DNA of 64,000 bases. Source: Bacteroidota bacterium (GTDB lineage: Bacteria; Bacteroidota; Bacteroidia; Bacteroidales; GCA-2748055). Under the pieces are notes generated by a model. The model was not told where the DNA came from and did no database searches. It worked only from the letters and a program-made list of their open reading frames with translations. Below, one piece after another: positions 1-10,632 of this stretch. Location of the stretch: positions 26,451 to 90,450 of the forward strand of contig JBNJEV010000007.1 in NCBI GenBank assembly GCA_051746185.1, in the 5' to 3' direction. Position numbers and translations under genes: made by a program. The first letter of the stretch is position 1. Every line of letters starts with the position of its first letter.

Positions 1-64
1 AGAGTAAGTGTCTGCATCATATCAGGTCTTCACTTTACAAATATCCGTTTAAAACAGCGAGGTT

Positions 65-1147
65 ATGTATACCATCAAATATCTGGAAACATTTACCAGG
101 GAAGTATTCATAAAAATGGGCTGCAGTCCGGAAGACGCACAGTTGATAACCGACGTATTCATTGCTGCCGAGCTGAGGGGACTGCCCAGCCATGGTATGA
201 TCCGGATCAAGGATTACTTCCAGCTGTGGCAGGCAAAAAGGATCAATGTAAAACCCGATGTGAGGATCGTGCATGAATCACCCGGTACCGCAGTGGTGGA
301 CGGGGACCGGGCCATCGGGATGGTCGCAGCCACCAGATCTATGGAAATCGCCATCGAGAAGGCCAGAGCGGCAGGAACCGGCTGGGTTTCCACCAGGAAC
401 TCCAACCACTACGGGATCGCAGGGTATTATTCCATGATGGCACTCCGGCACGACATGATCGGGATATGCATGACCATTGCCAATCCCCTGGTGGCACCTA
501 CCTTCTCTGTTTCAAGGATGCTGGGGACCAATCCAATTGCTGTGGCCGTACCTGCAGGGAAACACCCTCCCTTTGTGGCCGACTTTTCCACGACTCCCAT
601 TGCCCGTGGTAAGCTGGCCGTGGCAGCCAAGAAAAAAGAAAAGGTCCCCCTGGGATATGTGCAGGATGCCGATGGGATGCCCTCAGATGACCCTGATATT
701 ATCAAGCGAGGAGGATCCCTGGTCACCCTGGGGGGGACCAGGGAACAGGGAAGCCACAAGGGATATTGCCTGAGCGCCATTGTGGATATCTTCTCGGCTG
801 TGCTTTCGGGAGCCAACTTCGGACCGTTCTGTCCGCCTTCGGTGGCATACCTCCCGGTGAAAGAAGAAAAAGTCGGGGAAGGAACCGGTCACTTTTTCGG
901 GGCCATGCGCATCGATGCATTCCAGAAACCGGAAGCGTTCAAATCGCAGATGGATCGCTGGATCGAGACCTTCCGGTCCGCCACCCCGGCAAAAGGCCAG
1001 GAAAAGGTCCTGATCCCCGGTGATCCCGAAAGGGAGAACGAGGAGCGGATCAGGCGGGAAGGAATCAGCGTACTGGTCCCGGTACAGAAAGAGATGAAGG
1101 AGATCGCAGATGCACTGGGCATCTCTTTTGAAATGGATAATCCCTAA
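65..1147 (+). CDS. Ldh_2 family oxidoreductase (malate/L-lactate/sulfolactate dehydrogenase family 2)
   Basis: 360-aa [30 protein letters not shown] and LGTNPIA motifs are typical of the Ldh_2 family. Confidence 0.85.
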   Translation: MYTIKYLETFTREVFIKMGCSPEDAQLITDVFIAAELRGLPSHGMIRIKDYFQLWQAKRINVKPDVRIVHESPGTAVVDGDRAIGMVAATRSMEIAIEKARAAGTGWVSTRNSNHYGIAGYYSMMALRHDMIGICMTIANPLVAPTFSVSRMLGTNPIAVAVPAGKHPPFVADFSTTPIARGKLAVAAKKKEKVPLGYVQDADGMPSDDPDIIKRGGSLVTLGGTREQGSHKGYCLSAIVDIFSAVLSGANFGPFCPPSVAYLPVKEEKVGEGTGHFFGAMRIDAFQKPEAFKSQMDRWIETFRSATPAKGQEKVLIPGDPERENEERIRREGISVLVPVQKEMKEIADALGISFEMDNP

Positions 1148-1338
1148 CCTTCTAAATCAAACACCTCCTCGATCTGCATTCCGAACGTCCGGGCAATATC
1201 GTAGGCCAGCCTGAGGGACGGATTGTATCTGCCCTGCTCGAGGAAGACAATGGTCTCCCTCCTTACCCCCACCTTTCTGGCCAGATCCAGCTGGGTAAGG
1301 TTATCCCTGGCCCTGAGTTCTTTGATGCGGTTTCTCAT
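1144..1338 (-). CDS. Short XRE/Cro-family helix-turn-helix transcriptional regulator
   Basis: 64-aa [52 protein letters not shown] is a canonical HTH_3 fold sequence. It lies 21 nt downstream of the membrane gene on the same strand. Confidence 0.85.
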   Translation of the reverse strand: MRNRIKELRARDNLTQLDLARKVGVRRETIVFLEQGRYNPSLRLAYDIARTFGMQIEEVFDLEG

Positions 1339-1359
1339 AAGGCACCGAGCATAAGGCGG

Positions 1360-1758
1360 TCAGTCGTATTTTCCCCGCAGGTACCGGTGATAGATCCAGC
1401 TCAGGACCCAAAGGATGGCCATTCCCAGGATTCCGGCCCCGATCAGGGAGTTTCTCTCCAGCTGGATCCTTTCTTCGAACATCATAATCACCAGCCACAG
1501 GTACAGTGAAAGGTAGTAAGCTGTGGCTGCTCCCTGTCTCATGATCTTTTTTGACATCTCATCCTCCCCCGGAGTCATGTTCCTGGCATCCCTCAGTCTT
1601 CTGAAGGCCAGAAAGAAGGCAAAACCCACCACCAGGACCAGTCCCCCGATCATCAGGATCTCCCGAATATCTATCCTGCCGGAAAAGAATACCAACCAGT
1701 AAACCAGGGATACAATAAGGGCCACAGCAAGAACCACCATAAATATCGCTTTTCTCAT
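1360..1758 (-). CDS. Small 4-TM membrane protein (DUF2178-like partner of short XRE regulators)
   Basis: 132-aa ORF with four hydrophobic helices and no catalytic motif. It is the first gene of a two-gene operon with the XRE regulator. Confidence 0.65.
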   Translation of the reverse strand: MRKAIFMVVLAVALIVSLVYWLVFFSGRIDIREILMIGGLVLVVGFAFFLAFRRLRDARNMTPGEDEMSKKIMRQGAATAYYLSLYLWLVIMMFEERIQLERNSLIGAGILGMAILWVLSWIYHRYLRGKYD

Positions 1759-1778
1759 GATTGAATAGAATAGTTAAT

Positions 1779-1803
1779 TATTTCTAACACAAAGTTAGAA
1801 ATA
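1779..1803 (-). promoter_or_regulatory. Perfect 10-bp inverted repeat (putative XRE operator) overlapping a -7 box
   Basis: TATTTCTAAC-N5-GTTAGAAATA at 1779-1788/1794-1803. The minus strand reads TAACTTTG (1790-1797), a TAnnTTTG match, with a TTTG 20 nt upstream. The repeat lies 21-45 nt upstream of the ATG at 1758. Confidence 0.5.
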
Positions 1804-2036
1804 TATAACATACAAGTCAAATTTTTCCCCATTGCCACATCTGTAAAAAGCCGACCCATACTTGCAATTCTGGCTGTACCCGATCACCTGCATCATTCAT
1901 ATCATAATATGACCGGTATCTGGTGGATTCTGCACCCCCGACCGGCATAATTTTATTCTCAGTAAGGATCCGGTCGCAATCTGATCCAAACAGATATCCA
2001 GATGATCCCATATGTTTCACCAAAAAAACAGAAACA

Positions 2037-2600
2037 ATGAAAACACTTCAGAAAACATCGAAAATGAGAAGCCTGGCCATTTCCTTTGCCGCCGCAATGC
2101 TGATCCTGGTCAGCACCGGTTGCCAGGAAGATCAGGTAATACCAGTACAGGATGATCCTGTCATTCCCCTGTCCGGCAGCATCAATCATGAAAGCTTCCG
2201 GGTGGAGCCCTCGGGCACATCCGTAAGTATCTTCAATGGAGCTGTTTATCTCGATTTCCCTGAGGGATCCGTTTCTTCACCCACCATCTTCACCATAGTC
2301 ACATTCCCGGTGCCCTTCATGGACGGATATAACCTGATGCAAACAGGATATTCCCTGTCAGGTCCAGCGCCGGCCCAACCATGGTACCAGAAAGCAGAGA
2401 TTACACTGATGTACGATCCCTCGGGATTCAATGGAACTCCTCCCGGGAATGAAAAGGATATGGCCATCTTCCTGGCCAAAGATGATGTTTTTCTCCCTGA
2501 ACAGATAGAGTGTATTGAAAATTGCCAGGTGGATCGTACCAGCAGAACCATAAGCGGCTGCATCGACCAGTGCGGCATATATATGGTTGGAGAAAAGTAG
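2037..2600 (+). CDS. Hypothetical lipoprotein
   Basis: Track ORF 1923-2600 trimmed to the ATG at 2037. MKTLQKTSKMRSLAISFAAAMLILVSTGC is a signal peptide plus lipobox. Confidence 0.6.
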   Translation: MKTLQKTSKMRSLAISFAAAMLILVSTGCQEDQVIPVQDDPVIPLSGSINHESFRVEPSGTSVSIFNGAVYLDFPEGSVSSPTIFTIVTFPVPFMDGYNLMQTGYSLSGPAPAQPWYQKAEITLMYDPSGFNGTPPGNEKDMAIFLAKDDVFLPEQIECIENCQVDRTSRTISGCIDQCGIYMVGEK

Positions 2601-2627
2601 AGTTGGTTGATTACTGTTCTCCCTTCA

Positions 2628-2661
2628 AAGGGGCTGTCCTGATCGGACAGCCTCTTTTTTT
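2628..2661 (+). terminator. Rho-independent terminator
   Basis: GGCTGTCC-TGATC-GGACAGCC stem-loop followed by a T7 run, 30 nt after the lipoprotein stop. Confidence 0.6.
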
Positions 2662-2858
2662 CTGCCAGGCCGGGTACGGGTAATGAACCATTTGTATCAG
2701 GATCTGAGCAATTTGTGGTAGATGATAACCAGGATGGGATCATATTTTTATAACCGGGTACCGGTGAATTCTTCAGATCACAAGTTGGTTATCAACGACA
2801 GGGATCGTAACTTGAAAATCTATTCCGGCCTGCAGAAGGCACTGCCGGATCAATCCGG

Positions 2859-5800
2859 ATGAAAAGAATCAGACAAATATTCCTCCCCCTGGTATTGATG
2901 GTTCCTATGTTTGTATCCGGACAGTACCGCGAAATCAGAAATGTTCGGATCTCCGTGGAAGAAGGACTTGATGCCAGGTTTGTAAATTCCATGATACAGG
3001 ATCAGAAAGGATACATCTGGCTGGGATCTTCCAGCGGACTGATCAGGTATGATGGTTACAGGTTTGAAAATTACAATCAGCATCTGAATTGCGCAAATTG
3101 TGATTCAGTGCAACCGGGAACCATATCAGCCCTCCTGCTTGACGAATCAGGGATGATCTGGATCCAGTCCGAAAACCACATATTCCTGTTTGATCCGGAA
3201 AGGGAGCAGAGTCTGAGGCTGAACGGAATACATGAAAACCGGACCGAGGAACTCACTTTTTTCAGACGAAAGAATCCCGGAATGATCATAGACCGGGATG
3301 GAGCAATATGGGCCGCAGGCAATACAGGTTTGATCAGGATCATTGTCAGTCAGGATCTGCAGAAATCGGTCACAGACCGGACTTCCGTTCAGGATGTCAG
3401 GGAACTTGTTGAAATTGAATACATAAGAATCTCCGATGAAGTAGTATCCAGAAAAAATGTGGTGCAAACAATCTGCGAGGACAGGGCCGGTAATGTCTGG
3501 GTGGGATGCCTGGACGGACTATATATGAAAAGGGTTGGATCGGATCAGTTTGCCCGGTTCATTCCCTGGGATGGGACGGGCTCCGAAGTGACAAGGGAGA
3601 TATTTGATCTGATTGATGTGGACGGGAATACCTTGCTTATTGCCGCTGAAGGAGGGCTGTTTGAACTGAAGCATGTCCGGCAGCATGATCACCCGGCCGC
3701 CGGGTATACCTCAGAAGTGAGTATAAAGCTGCTTTATAAAGAATCCAGGAAAGCAATCAATACATTGTTCAGGGCAGGGAACGGAGATATTATCGTGGGC
3801 ACAACCCTGGATCTTCTGCGTCTCAGACGACAGGAAGGATCCGGTGAATATGTGATCAGTTCCTTATACCGGGGGTTGAAAGATCCGGAAGAAATCGGTT
3901 ATGATATCTCCATCAGAACAATCCTGCAGGACCGTACCGGTGTTTTATGGGTAGCACAGAGTTATGACGGACTAAGGAAACTGAACCTGGACTCCACTCC
4001 GTTCATTACTTTCGAGGAGACAGTCGCCGGGCACTTTGAGAACACGGATATCAATCCCATCTGTGAGGACCAGGAGGGTCATTTGTGGATCGGTACATAC
4101 GGAGCGGGCATTTACCGGCTTGACGTGAACACCGGTCAGGTGGATAATTTCAATCCGGGGACCCCGAAAACAGATATCATCTGCATGACAGAAATTGAAC
4201 CGGGAAGATTCTGGGTGGGTTTGTATAACGGTTTGCTGGAATTGGATGCAGTTACCGGGGAATTCCATGATCCGCTGCCCGCCGGTGTGATTGAGGATAA
4301 TATCCGGACCGCCCCGGTATGGGATATCATAAAATCGGGTAATCAGATCACTGTCAGTACAATGCTGGGCCTGTTTGTATATGATGATGAGAACAGAACT
4401 TTGCACCAGTTTACCTTTGATGCCGATCATGCAAATGCACCCAGCGTGGATAACTGGTTCGGTACCCTCGAACAAAGCCGGGACGGCCAGATCTGGGCAA
4501 CCCATGCTGAGAAGGGATTATGCCGGGTTGATTACAATGTCCGGGAGGGATCCCTGTCGGTGGTTCCGTTTGAACCACTGGAATCTGAGGAGTTCGAAAG
4601 CCTGATAATACCGGAAATACATGAGGACCTCTCCGGGTCTTTCTGGATGGGCAGCGCCCGCTCCATCTATGAGATCAACAGGAGCACAGGTGAAATAAAC
4701 ATCTATTACATTGATACCCTGTTGCAGAAAAACAGCCCCAACATGATCCGGTCGCTCCTGGCAGACGACCGGGGCAATCTGTGGATGGGAACCTTGCAGG
4801 GACTCTGCCGGTTTGACACAGAAAGTGGAAAAGTGCACCTTTTCGACCGCAGTGACGGATTACCCATCATGTTCCACGGCAATAATTCTGCATTTAAAAG
4901 AGCAGACGGAACCATGCTGTTCGGAGGGATCGGAGGTTTTTACAGTTTTCATCCCGACAGTGTGAAGATCAACAATCAGGTGCCGGAGATCGTGATCACT
5001 GATTTCCGGCTGTTCAACGAGTCAATCCATGCTTCCGGTAAAGGGAAAGGATGGCTGAACAAAGCCATCTCATATGCCGACTCAGTTGAACTGAAATACG
5101 ATCAGAATGATATCTCCTTTGAATTCGCAGCCCTGGATTATACTGCACCCGGGAAGAACAGGTATGCCTATATCCTTGAAAACTATCAGAGTCAATGGAT
5201 CGAAACCGATGCGGGCAACAGGGTGGCGACCTATACCAACCTGACTCCGGGTACCTATGTCTTCAGGGTCAGAGGATCCAACAACCACGGCCTGTGGAAC
5301 ATGGAGGGAACATCATTGACCATCCTGGTCCATCCCCCCTGGTGGAAAACGACAATTGCATATGCACTGTATGGTATTCTCGCACTGCTTTTGTTTGTAA
5401 GCGGGATTTTTTGGCGCACGAATAGACTGTCGAAGGAAAAAAGACGGCTCCAGCTGGAGGTGGACAGGCAGACTTCCGAGATCAAGGAGGCCAACCGTAT
5501 GCTGGAGGAAAGCAACCGCACCATTTCAGAGCTGGATCAGCAGAAAACCCGTTTCTTCAACAATGTGTCCCATGAATTCCGCACACTGATCACCCTGATC
5601 AAAGGTCCTGTGGAACACCTCCTGGATGCAGGGGATAAAAACCGGAATAACCGACAGCATCTCAAGGTGCTCCGAAGGAACACCGACCGGCTGATGGTCC
5701 TCATTAACCAGCTGTTGGATATCTCCCGGATTGATAAAGGTGCGATGAAACTGACACTTTCAGAAACCAGTGTGTTCGAATTCCTGCATACCATTGCTGC

Positions 5801-7148
5801 CTCCTATTCCGCCATGGCAGAAAGAAAAGGGATCCGGTACCTGTACCATTTTTCATCCCTGGAGTCAAGGCAATGGATGGATCATGATAAAGTAGACAAG
5901 ATCATCAGCAATCTCCTGTCCAATGCATTCAAATTCACCGGGGAAGGCGGGAAGGTGGAAATGGAGACCATGCTGGAATATGCTGATCCCGGGTCCGATC
6001 CTGTATTGATCGTGTCCGTATCCGATACCGGCTCCGGGATCCCCCCTGAAGTGCAGGAGAAGATCTTTGACAGGTTTTACCAGGCTGAAGCACAGGTTAA
6101 GAAAGAACAGGAAGGAACCGGGATCGGACTTGCCCTTGCATCCGACCTGGTAAAATTAATGCATGGCAGAATCGAAGTTGAAAGCCAGGTTCATATGGGC
6201 AGTACCTTTACAGCACACATCCCGCTCGGAAAAAAACACCTGAAAGAAAGTGAGTATATCATCGATAACCAGACAGATATACCTGTAACGGAAATGATCG
6301 ATATCCATGAACCAGAGGGGACAGAAACAGAGCCTGATATCCTGGCCACACCCCATGATCAGGAATTTGGGAGAAGATCGAAAGTCCTGCTGGTAGAGGA
6401 CAACAGAGACCTGCGGTGGCTGGTGGCCAGCCAGATAGAATCTGAATATGAGGTACTGGAGGCCGTCGATGGCAGTGCCGGACTCAAAATCGCCCTGGAA
6501 AAGATGCCCGATCTGGTGATTACGGACCTGATGATGCCGCGGATGGACGGAATGGAATTGTGCCGTAGGTTGAAACATGACATCCGGACCAGTCACATCC
6601 CTGTGCTGATGCTGACAGCAAAAGCCAGCCTGGAGGATAAATTGAGTGGTCTGGAAGACGGGGCGGATGATTACATCGTAAAGCCCTTCGATGCCAGGGA
6701 AGTTTCCATCCGGATCAGAAACCTTCTTGAACAACGCAGGAAACTGAAGGAAAAATTCAGCAGGGAGATGACCCTGGATCCATCCGATGTGGTGGTCACT
6801 CCCGCGGACCAGAAATTTTTGGAAAAAGCCATCAAAATAATTGATTCCCAGATGAGCAGTGAACAATTCGGTGTCCGGAAACTGTGTGAAGAGATGCACA
6901 TGAGCCGCAGCACACTGTTCAGAAAACTGGATGCACTGACCGGTCAATCTCCTGTTGAATTTATCCGGTCCATGAGGCTGAAACGTGCCGCATCCTTACT
7001 AAAGCAGCGGTATGGAAACGTTTCAGAGGTGGCCCTGGAGGTCGGGTTTTCCAACCCTTCCTACTTTACCCGGATGTTCCGGGAAGCTTACCATTTCAGC
7101 CCGCAGGAGTATGTGAAATCCCTGAAGAGCCAGCGGGCAGACCGGTAA
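2859..7148 (+). CDS. Hybrid two-component system sensor histidine kinase / response regulator with AraC-type HTH output (HTCS)
   Basis: 1429 aa. Order of parts: signal peptide, periplasmic beta-propeller repeats plus Y_Y_Y-like region, TM helix (WWKTTIAYALYGILALLLFV), HisKA (FFNNVSHEFRT), HATPase (GTGIGLALASDLV), REC (VLLVEDNRDL...DLMMPRMDG), AraC HTH (LCEEMHMSRSTLFRKL). Confidence 0.9.
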   Translation: MKRIRQIFLPLVLMVPMFVSGQYREIRNVRISVEEGLDARFVNSMIQDQKGYIWLGSSSGLIRYDGYRFENYNQHLNCANCDSVQPGTISALLLDESGMIWIQSENHIFLFDPEREQSLRLNGIHENRTEELTFFRRKNPGMIIDRDGAIWAAGNTGLIRIIVSQDLQKSVTDRTSVQDVRELVEIEYIRISDEVVSRKNVVQTICEDRAGNVWVGCLDGLYMKRVGSDQFARFIPWDGTGSEVTREIFDLIDVDGNTLLIAAEGGLFELKHVRQHDHPAAGYTSEVSIKLLYKESRKAINTLFRAGNGDIIVGTTLDLLRLRRQEGSGEYVISSLYRGLKDPEEIGYDISIRTILQDRTGVLWVAQSYDGLRKLNLDSTPFITFEETVAGHFENTDINPICEDQEGHLWIGTYGAGIYRLDVNTGQVDNFNPGTPKTDIICMTEIEPGRFWVGLYNGLLELDAVTGEFHDPLPAGVIEDNIRTAPVWDIIKSGNQITVSTMLGLFVYDDENRTLHQFTFDADHANAPSVDNWFGTLEQSRDGQIWATHAEKGLCRVDYNVREGSLSVVPFEPLESEEFESLIIPEIHEDLSGSFWMGSARSIYEINRSTGEINIYYIDTLLQKNSPNMIRSLLADDRGNLWMGTLQGLCRFDTESGKVHLFDRSDGLPIMFHGNNSAFKRADGTMLFGGIGGFYSFHPDSVKINNQVPEIVITDFRLFNESIHASGKGKGWLNKAISYADSVELKYDQNDISFEFAALDYTAPGKNRYAYILENYQSQWIETDAGNRVATYTNLTPGTYVFRVRGSNNHGLWNMEGTSLTILVHPPWWKTTIAYALYGILALLLFVSGIFWRTNRLSKEKRRLQLEVDRQTSEIKEANRMLEESNRTISELDQQKTRFFNNVSHEFRTLITLIKGPVEHLLDAGDKNRNNRQHLKVLRRNTDRLMVLINQLLDISRIDKGAMKLTLSETSVFEFLHTIAASYSAMAERKGIRYLYHFSSLESRQWMDHDKVDKIISNLLSNAFKFTGEGGKVEMETMLEYADPGSDPVLIVSVSDTGSGIPPEVQEKIFDRFYQAEAQVKKEQEGTGIGLALASDLVKLMHGRIEVESQVHMGSTFTAHIPLGKKHLKESEYIIDNQTDIPVTEMIDIHEPEGTETEPDILATPHDQEFGRRSKVLLVEDNRDLRWLVASQIESEYEVLEAVDGSAGLKIALEKMPDLVITDLMMPRMDGMELCRRLKHDIRTSHIPVLMLTAKASLEDKLSGLEDGADDYIVKPFDAREVSIRIRNLLEQRRKLKEKFSREMTLDPSDVVVTPADQKFLEKAIKIIDSQMSSEQFGVRKLCEEMHMSRSTLFRKLDALTGQSPVEFIRSMRLKRAASLLKQRYGNVSEVALEVGFSNPSYFTRMFREAYHFSPQEYVKSLKSQRADR

Positions 7149-7190
7149 GTCCCCCGGAAGACACTGTCACATTGGAACCGGCATGACCGT

Positions 7191-10100
7191 TTACTCAAGC
7201 CGGGGGATCCTGCCCGGGGTCCAGGGCGCTCTCATCTCTTCCAGTGTCCGGTCCAGCTGCCGGATCTCCCCGTGGATGCTTTGAAGTTCTTCCAGCATGG
7301 GCGGGAACTCTTCCCTGAGGATGGCCAGCTGTTCCTTCTCGGTTTGTGTCAGCTCCGAGGTGGAGGACCAGTGGGTGCGGATCATCACCCGCAACCTCCG
7401 GTTCAACGGCATCTCCATGGGGGGCAGCTCTTCCCAGCTTGCCCTTGATTCGGGACCTTCCAGCCTGTACAGGAAATTATCCAGCCGGCCCTCGAGCGCA
7501 TCCACCTCCGGGAGCAGTTCCTCTCCTGCCGGGGTCTGCATCAGGGAAAGCCTGATGGCGGCAAGTTTTTCCGTCAGCTCTACGGCCAGTTGTTCGGCCC
7601 CGGTCATCACCCTGGAAAACTCGGAAACCTCCCGCTGGAATTCCACAAGAGCTTCCCGGTCAGTTGCGGGCAGTGTAGCGTGGCCAGGCAGTTCCGCGCG
7701 GAAGGGTTCGGGTTCCACAAGCTGCCTGATGTCTCCTCTGAATGAGAGTTCCAGACCAACCCTGTATGTTCCGGGCATGACCAGCAGTCCGCTGCTTCCG
7801 GTGGAAGAGCCGCTGCTTCTGCTGACCGTACGGGCTGTGATCGGATCGCTGGAGGGATATCGCAGCTCCCAGCTGATCCTGCCAATGCCATTTGATGCTC
7901 TCTTTACAAGTTTCCTGACCTCATCACCTGTATCGTTATAAATGGTAAAGATCAGCTCGGGCTCTTTTTCTTCCTCTTCCCTGCGCAGCTCTTCCCTTGC
8001 GGGCTGGGGAATGGGCTGTTTGTTCTCAAACAGTTCTTTCTCTTTCTCCCTTCGCTCCTCTCTGAGGGTCCTGGGGACATCTTTTAAAAAGTAGGTGAAC
8101 GTGGCTCCGAATGCAGGGTTTTCAGCTTCATAAAAACTGGAGCCCTGACCATATTTTCCACGGGTCTGAATATACATCCGCGCATCGGCCACAGGAAACA
8201 GATGGGCTTCCTTTTCCTCAATGGCACGATCTCTTGCCATCTCACGAAGGGGGGTATAATCATCCAGTATGTAGAATCCGCGACCGAAAGTGGCCAGTAC
8301 GAGGTCATTCTCCCGTTCCTGGATGGCCATGTCCTTCACGCTGATCGTGGGCAGTCCCGCTGAAAGCTCCGTCCACTGCTTTCCCCCGTCCAGGGTGAAA
8401 TAGAAACCGAACTCGGTTCCCACGAAAAGCAGGTCCGCCACCCCGGGATCCTGCTGGATGGTATGAACGGTCCCGTTCTCCGGAAGGGTCTCCGCAATGC
8501 TCTTCCAGTTCCTGCCCCTGTCGGGGCTCCTGAGCACATAGGGTTTGAAATCATCCCGTTTCCGGTTATCAAATGTGGCATAGACCACGTTGCTGTCGAA
8601 GCGGTCCGCCAGCAAATCGCTCACATAGGTATATTCGGGGACCCCGGGAAAGGTCTTTATCTGCCTCCAGTTCTCCCCGCCGTCTTCGGTCACCGAGATC
8701 ACACCGTCATCTGTCCCCGCATAGAGCAGGTTCTCATCCAGCGGTGATTCGGAAAGCGCTACGCCGGTCCCCCAGAGGCTGGTGGACACATCCTTGACCA
8801 CCGCGTCCCGGCTCCAGTAATGTCCCATCACCGGCCAGCTGTTCCGGTCAGTCTGCGAGGTAAGGTCCCCGCTGATCACCTCCCAGGAGTTGCCCCGGTC
8901 GTCTGAACGGAACACCTTGTTGGCCATGGCATAGAGCCTGGTATGGGAGTGATGGCTGATGATCAGCGGAGCATTCCAGTTCCATTTGTAGGTCTTCTCC
9001 CCTTTCCCGGGTCTTGGCTTGATGCTGATATTTTCCCCGCTTTGTCTGTCATACCGGCTGATGTTCCCGTACTGAGATTCACAATAGACAATGTTCGGAT
9101 CCTCGGGATCCACCGCCACCCAGAATCCGTCCCCGCCCAGGATAGATTTCCACTCTTCGCTGGTCACCCCTGCCGAACTCAGGTTTTGGGAAGGTCCGGC
9201 CAGCGTATTGTTATCCTGGGTCCCTCCATACACATAATAAAAAGGTTGCTGGTTATCCACAAAGACCCTGTAGAACTGGGTGACCGGCAGACTGGTCTTG
9301 AACTGGTAGGTTTCCCCGCCATCAAAGGATTCATAGACCCCTCCGTCCCCTCCGATCAGGAAATGGTTGGTATCATCGGGATCGATCCAGAGGGCATGGT
9401 CATCCACATGCCGGTCCTCCAGGCTCATTGTCTCCCAGGTCTTTCCGCCGTCCAGGGTGACCTTGGAACGGGTTTCCATGGAATATACCTTGTTCACATC
9501 CATCGGGTCGCAGTAGATTTCGTTGTAGTACTGACCGCTGCTGTGATGATCGCTCATTTTCTTCCAGGAAGCACCCCTGTTATCCGAACGGAAGAAACCA
9601 CCCTTGCCTTCCGCAGCCTCCATGATCAGGTAGACCACATTATGATCGGCCGGGGAAACGGCAATGCCCATCCCCCCGATATGCACCGAAGGCAATCCTG
9701 ACATGGACTTTTTCCAGGTCTCTCCCCCGTCGGTGGACCGGTACACGGCTGATTCCGGACCGCCACCGATCTTGGTGAAAACATGCCGCCTGCGCTGTTC
9801 GCTGGTGGCATACATGATATCCGGATCCACCGGATCCATCACCACGTTGTTCACTCCGGTATTTTCACTGATCTCCAGCACCTTCCTCCAGGTTTCCCCT
9901 CCATCGGTGGTCTTGTACAGGCCACGGTCGCCGCCGGGTCCCCATGCCGAACCTTCGGCCGCCACAAAGACCACATCCGGATCCCCGGGGTCCACCACGA
10001 TACCGCCGATGTGCCGTGCCTCCTTCAATCCCATATGGGTCCACGATTCACCGCCGTCCTCCGACCTGTAGACACCGTCTCCGTACCCCAGGGCACGCTG

Positions 10101-10493
10101 GTGGTTGTTTTCGCCTGTTCCCAGCCACAGCACATTGTGATTGGTGGGATCCATGGTGATCACTCCCATGGAATAGGAACCGTAATTGTCAAAAACAGGC
10201 TTGAAGGTGGTCCCGTTGTTCACGGTCTTCCAGACGTTCCCCGAAGCAACCGCCACATACCACTCACTGTGATTTTCCGGATTCACGGCGAAGTCGGCAA
10301 TCCGGCCGGAAGTCATGGCCGGACCGATGCTTCTCCATTTCAATCCTTTGAAAATACCCGCATCCAGCGCTGCCTGCTTTTCGGCACCGGAATCTTTTTC
10401 CTTCTTTGCGTTGACCTGGAAAGGATGGATCAACAGTCCCAGCAAGATCATTGCGGGAATCAGCATGTCCCTGAGCTTCTTTGATAATTTCAT
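7191..10493 (-). CDS. Secreted BNR/Asp-box repeat protein, sortilin/VPS10-like double-propeller type
   Basis: Track ORF trimmed to the ATG at 10493 (MKLSKKLRDMLIPAMILLGLLIHPFQVNA signal peptide). About ten SxDxGxTW Asp-boxes, e.g. SEDGGESWTH, TTDGGETWRK, TLDGGKTWET. The C-terminal third is charged and coiled. Confidence 0.85.
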   Translation of the reverse strand: MKLSKKLRDMLIPAMILLGLLIHPFQVNAKKEKDSGAEKQAALDAGIFKGLKWRSIGPAMTSGRIADFAVNPENHSEWYVAVASGNVWKTVNNGTTFKPVFDNYGSYSMGVITMDPTNHNVLWLGTGENNHQRALGYGDGVYRSEDGGESWTHMGLKEARHIGGIVVDPGDPDVVFVAAEGSAWGPGGDRGLYKTTDGGETWRKVLEISENTGVNNVVMDPVDPDIMYATSEQRRRHVFTKIGGGPESAVYRSTDGGETWKKSMSGLPSVHIGGMGIAVSPADHNVVYLIMEAAEGKGGFFRSDNRGASWKKMSDHHSSGQYYNEIYCDPMDVNKVYSMETRSKVTLDGGKTWETMSLEDRHVDDHALWIDPDDTNHFLIGGDGGVYESFDGGETYQFKTSLPVTQFYRVFVDNQQPFYYVYGGTQDNNTLAGPSQNLSSAGVTSEEWKSILGGDGFWVAVDPEDPNIVYCESQYGNISRYDRQSGENISIKPRPGKGEKTYKWNWNAPLIISHHSHTRLYAMANKVFRSDDRGNSWEVISGDLTSQTDRNSWPVMGHYWSRDAVVKDVSTSLWGTGVALSESPLDENLLYAGTDDGVISVTEDGGENWRQIKTFPGVPEYTYVSDLLADRFDSNVVYATFDNRKRDDFKPYVLRSPDRGRNWKSIAETLPENGTVHTIQQDPGVADLLFVGTEFGFYFTLDGGKQWTELSAGLPTISVKDMAIQERENDLVLATFGRGFYILDDYTPLREMARDRAIEEKEAHLFPVADARMYIQTRGKYGQGSSFYEAENPAFGATFTYFLKDVPRTLREERREKEKELFENKQPIPQPAREELRREEEEKEPELIFTIYNDTGDEVRKLVKRASNGIGRISWELRYPSSDPITARTVSRSSGSSTGSSGLLVMPGTYRVGLELSFRGDIRQLVEPEPFRAELPGHATLPATDREALVEFQREVSEFSRVMTGAEQLAVELTEKLAAIRLSLMQTPAGEELLPEVDALEGRLDNFLYRLEGPESRASWEELPPMEMPLNRRLRVMIRTHWSSTSELTQTEKEQLAILREEFPPMLEELQSIHGEIRQLDRTLEEMRAPWTPGRIPRLE

Positions 10494-10608
10494 GATGATC
10501 GTAAATATTTTTGAAAGATCTGCTGCGAAAATAACCATTTGTTGTGATGATCGTATCCCTTTTCGGATGTTTTGCATTCACGGGTACCCGGGAGTCTACA
10601 TTAATCGT

Positions 10609-10616
10609 TACTTTTG
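10609..10616 (+). promoter_or_regulatory. Putative sigma-A -7 box (TAnnTTTG)
   Basis: TACTTTTG, 17 nt upstream of the nitroreductase ATG. Confidence 0.35.
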
Positions 10617-10632
10617 CTGAAAACCATTTCTT

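Noticed and set aside
9253-9261. TTATCCACA, a perfect DnaA box.
   Set aside because: It is a single occurrence inside the BNR protein coding region, with no cluster of boxes or AT-rich unwinding element nearby. It is not an origin.
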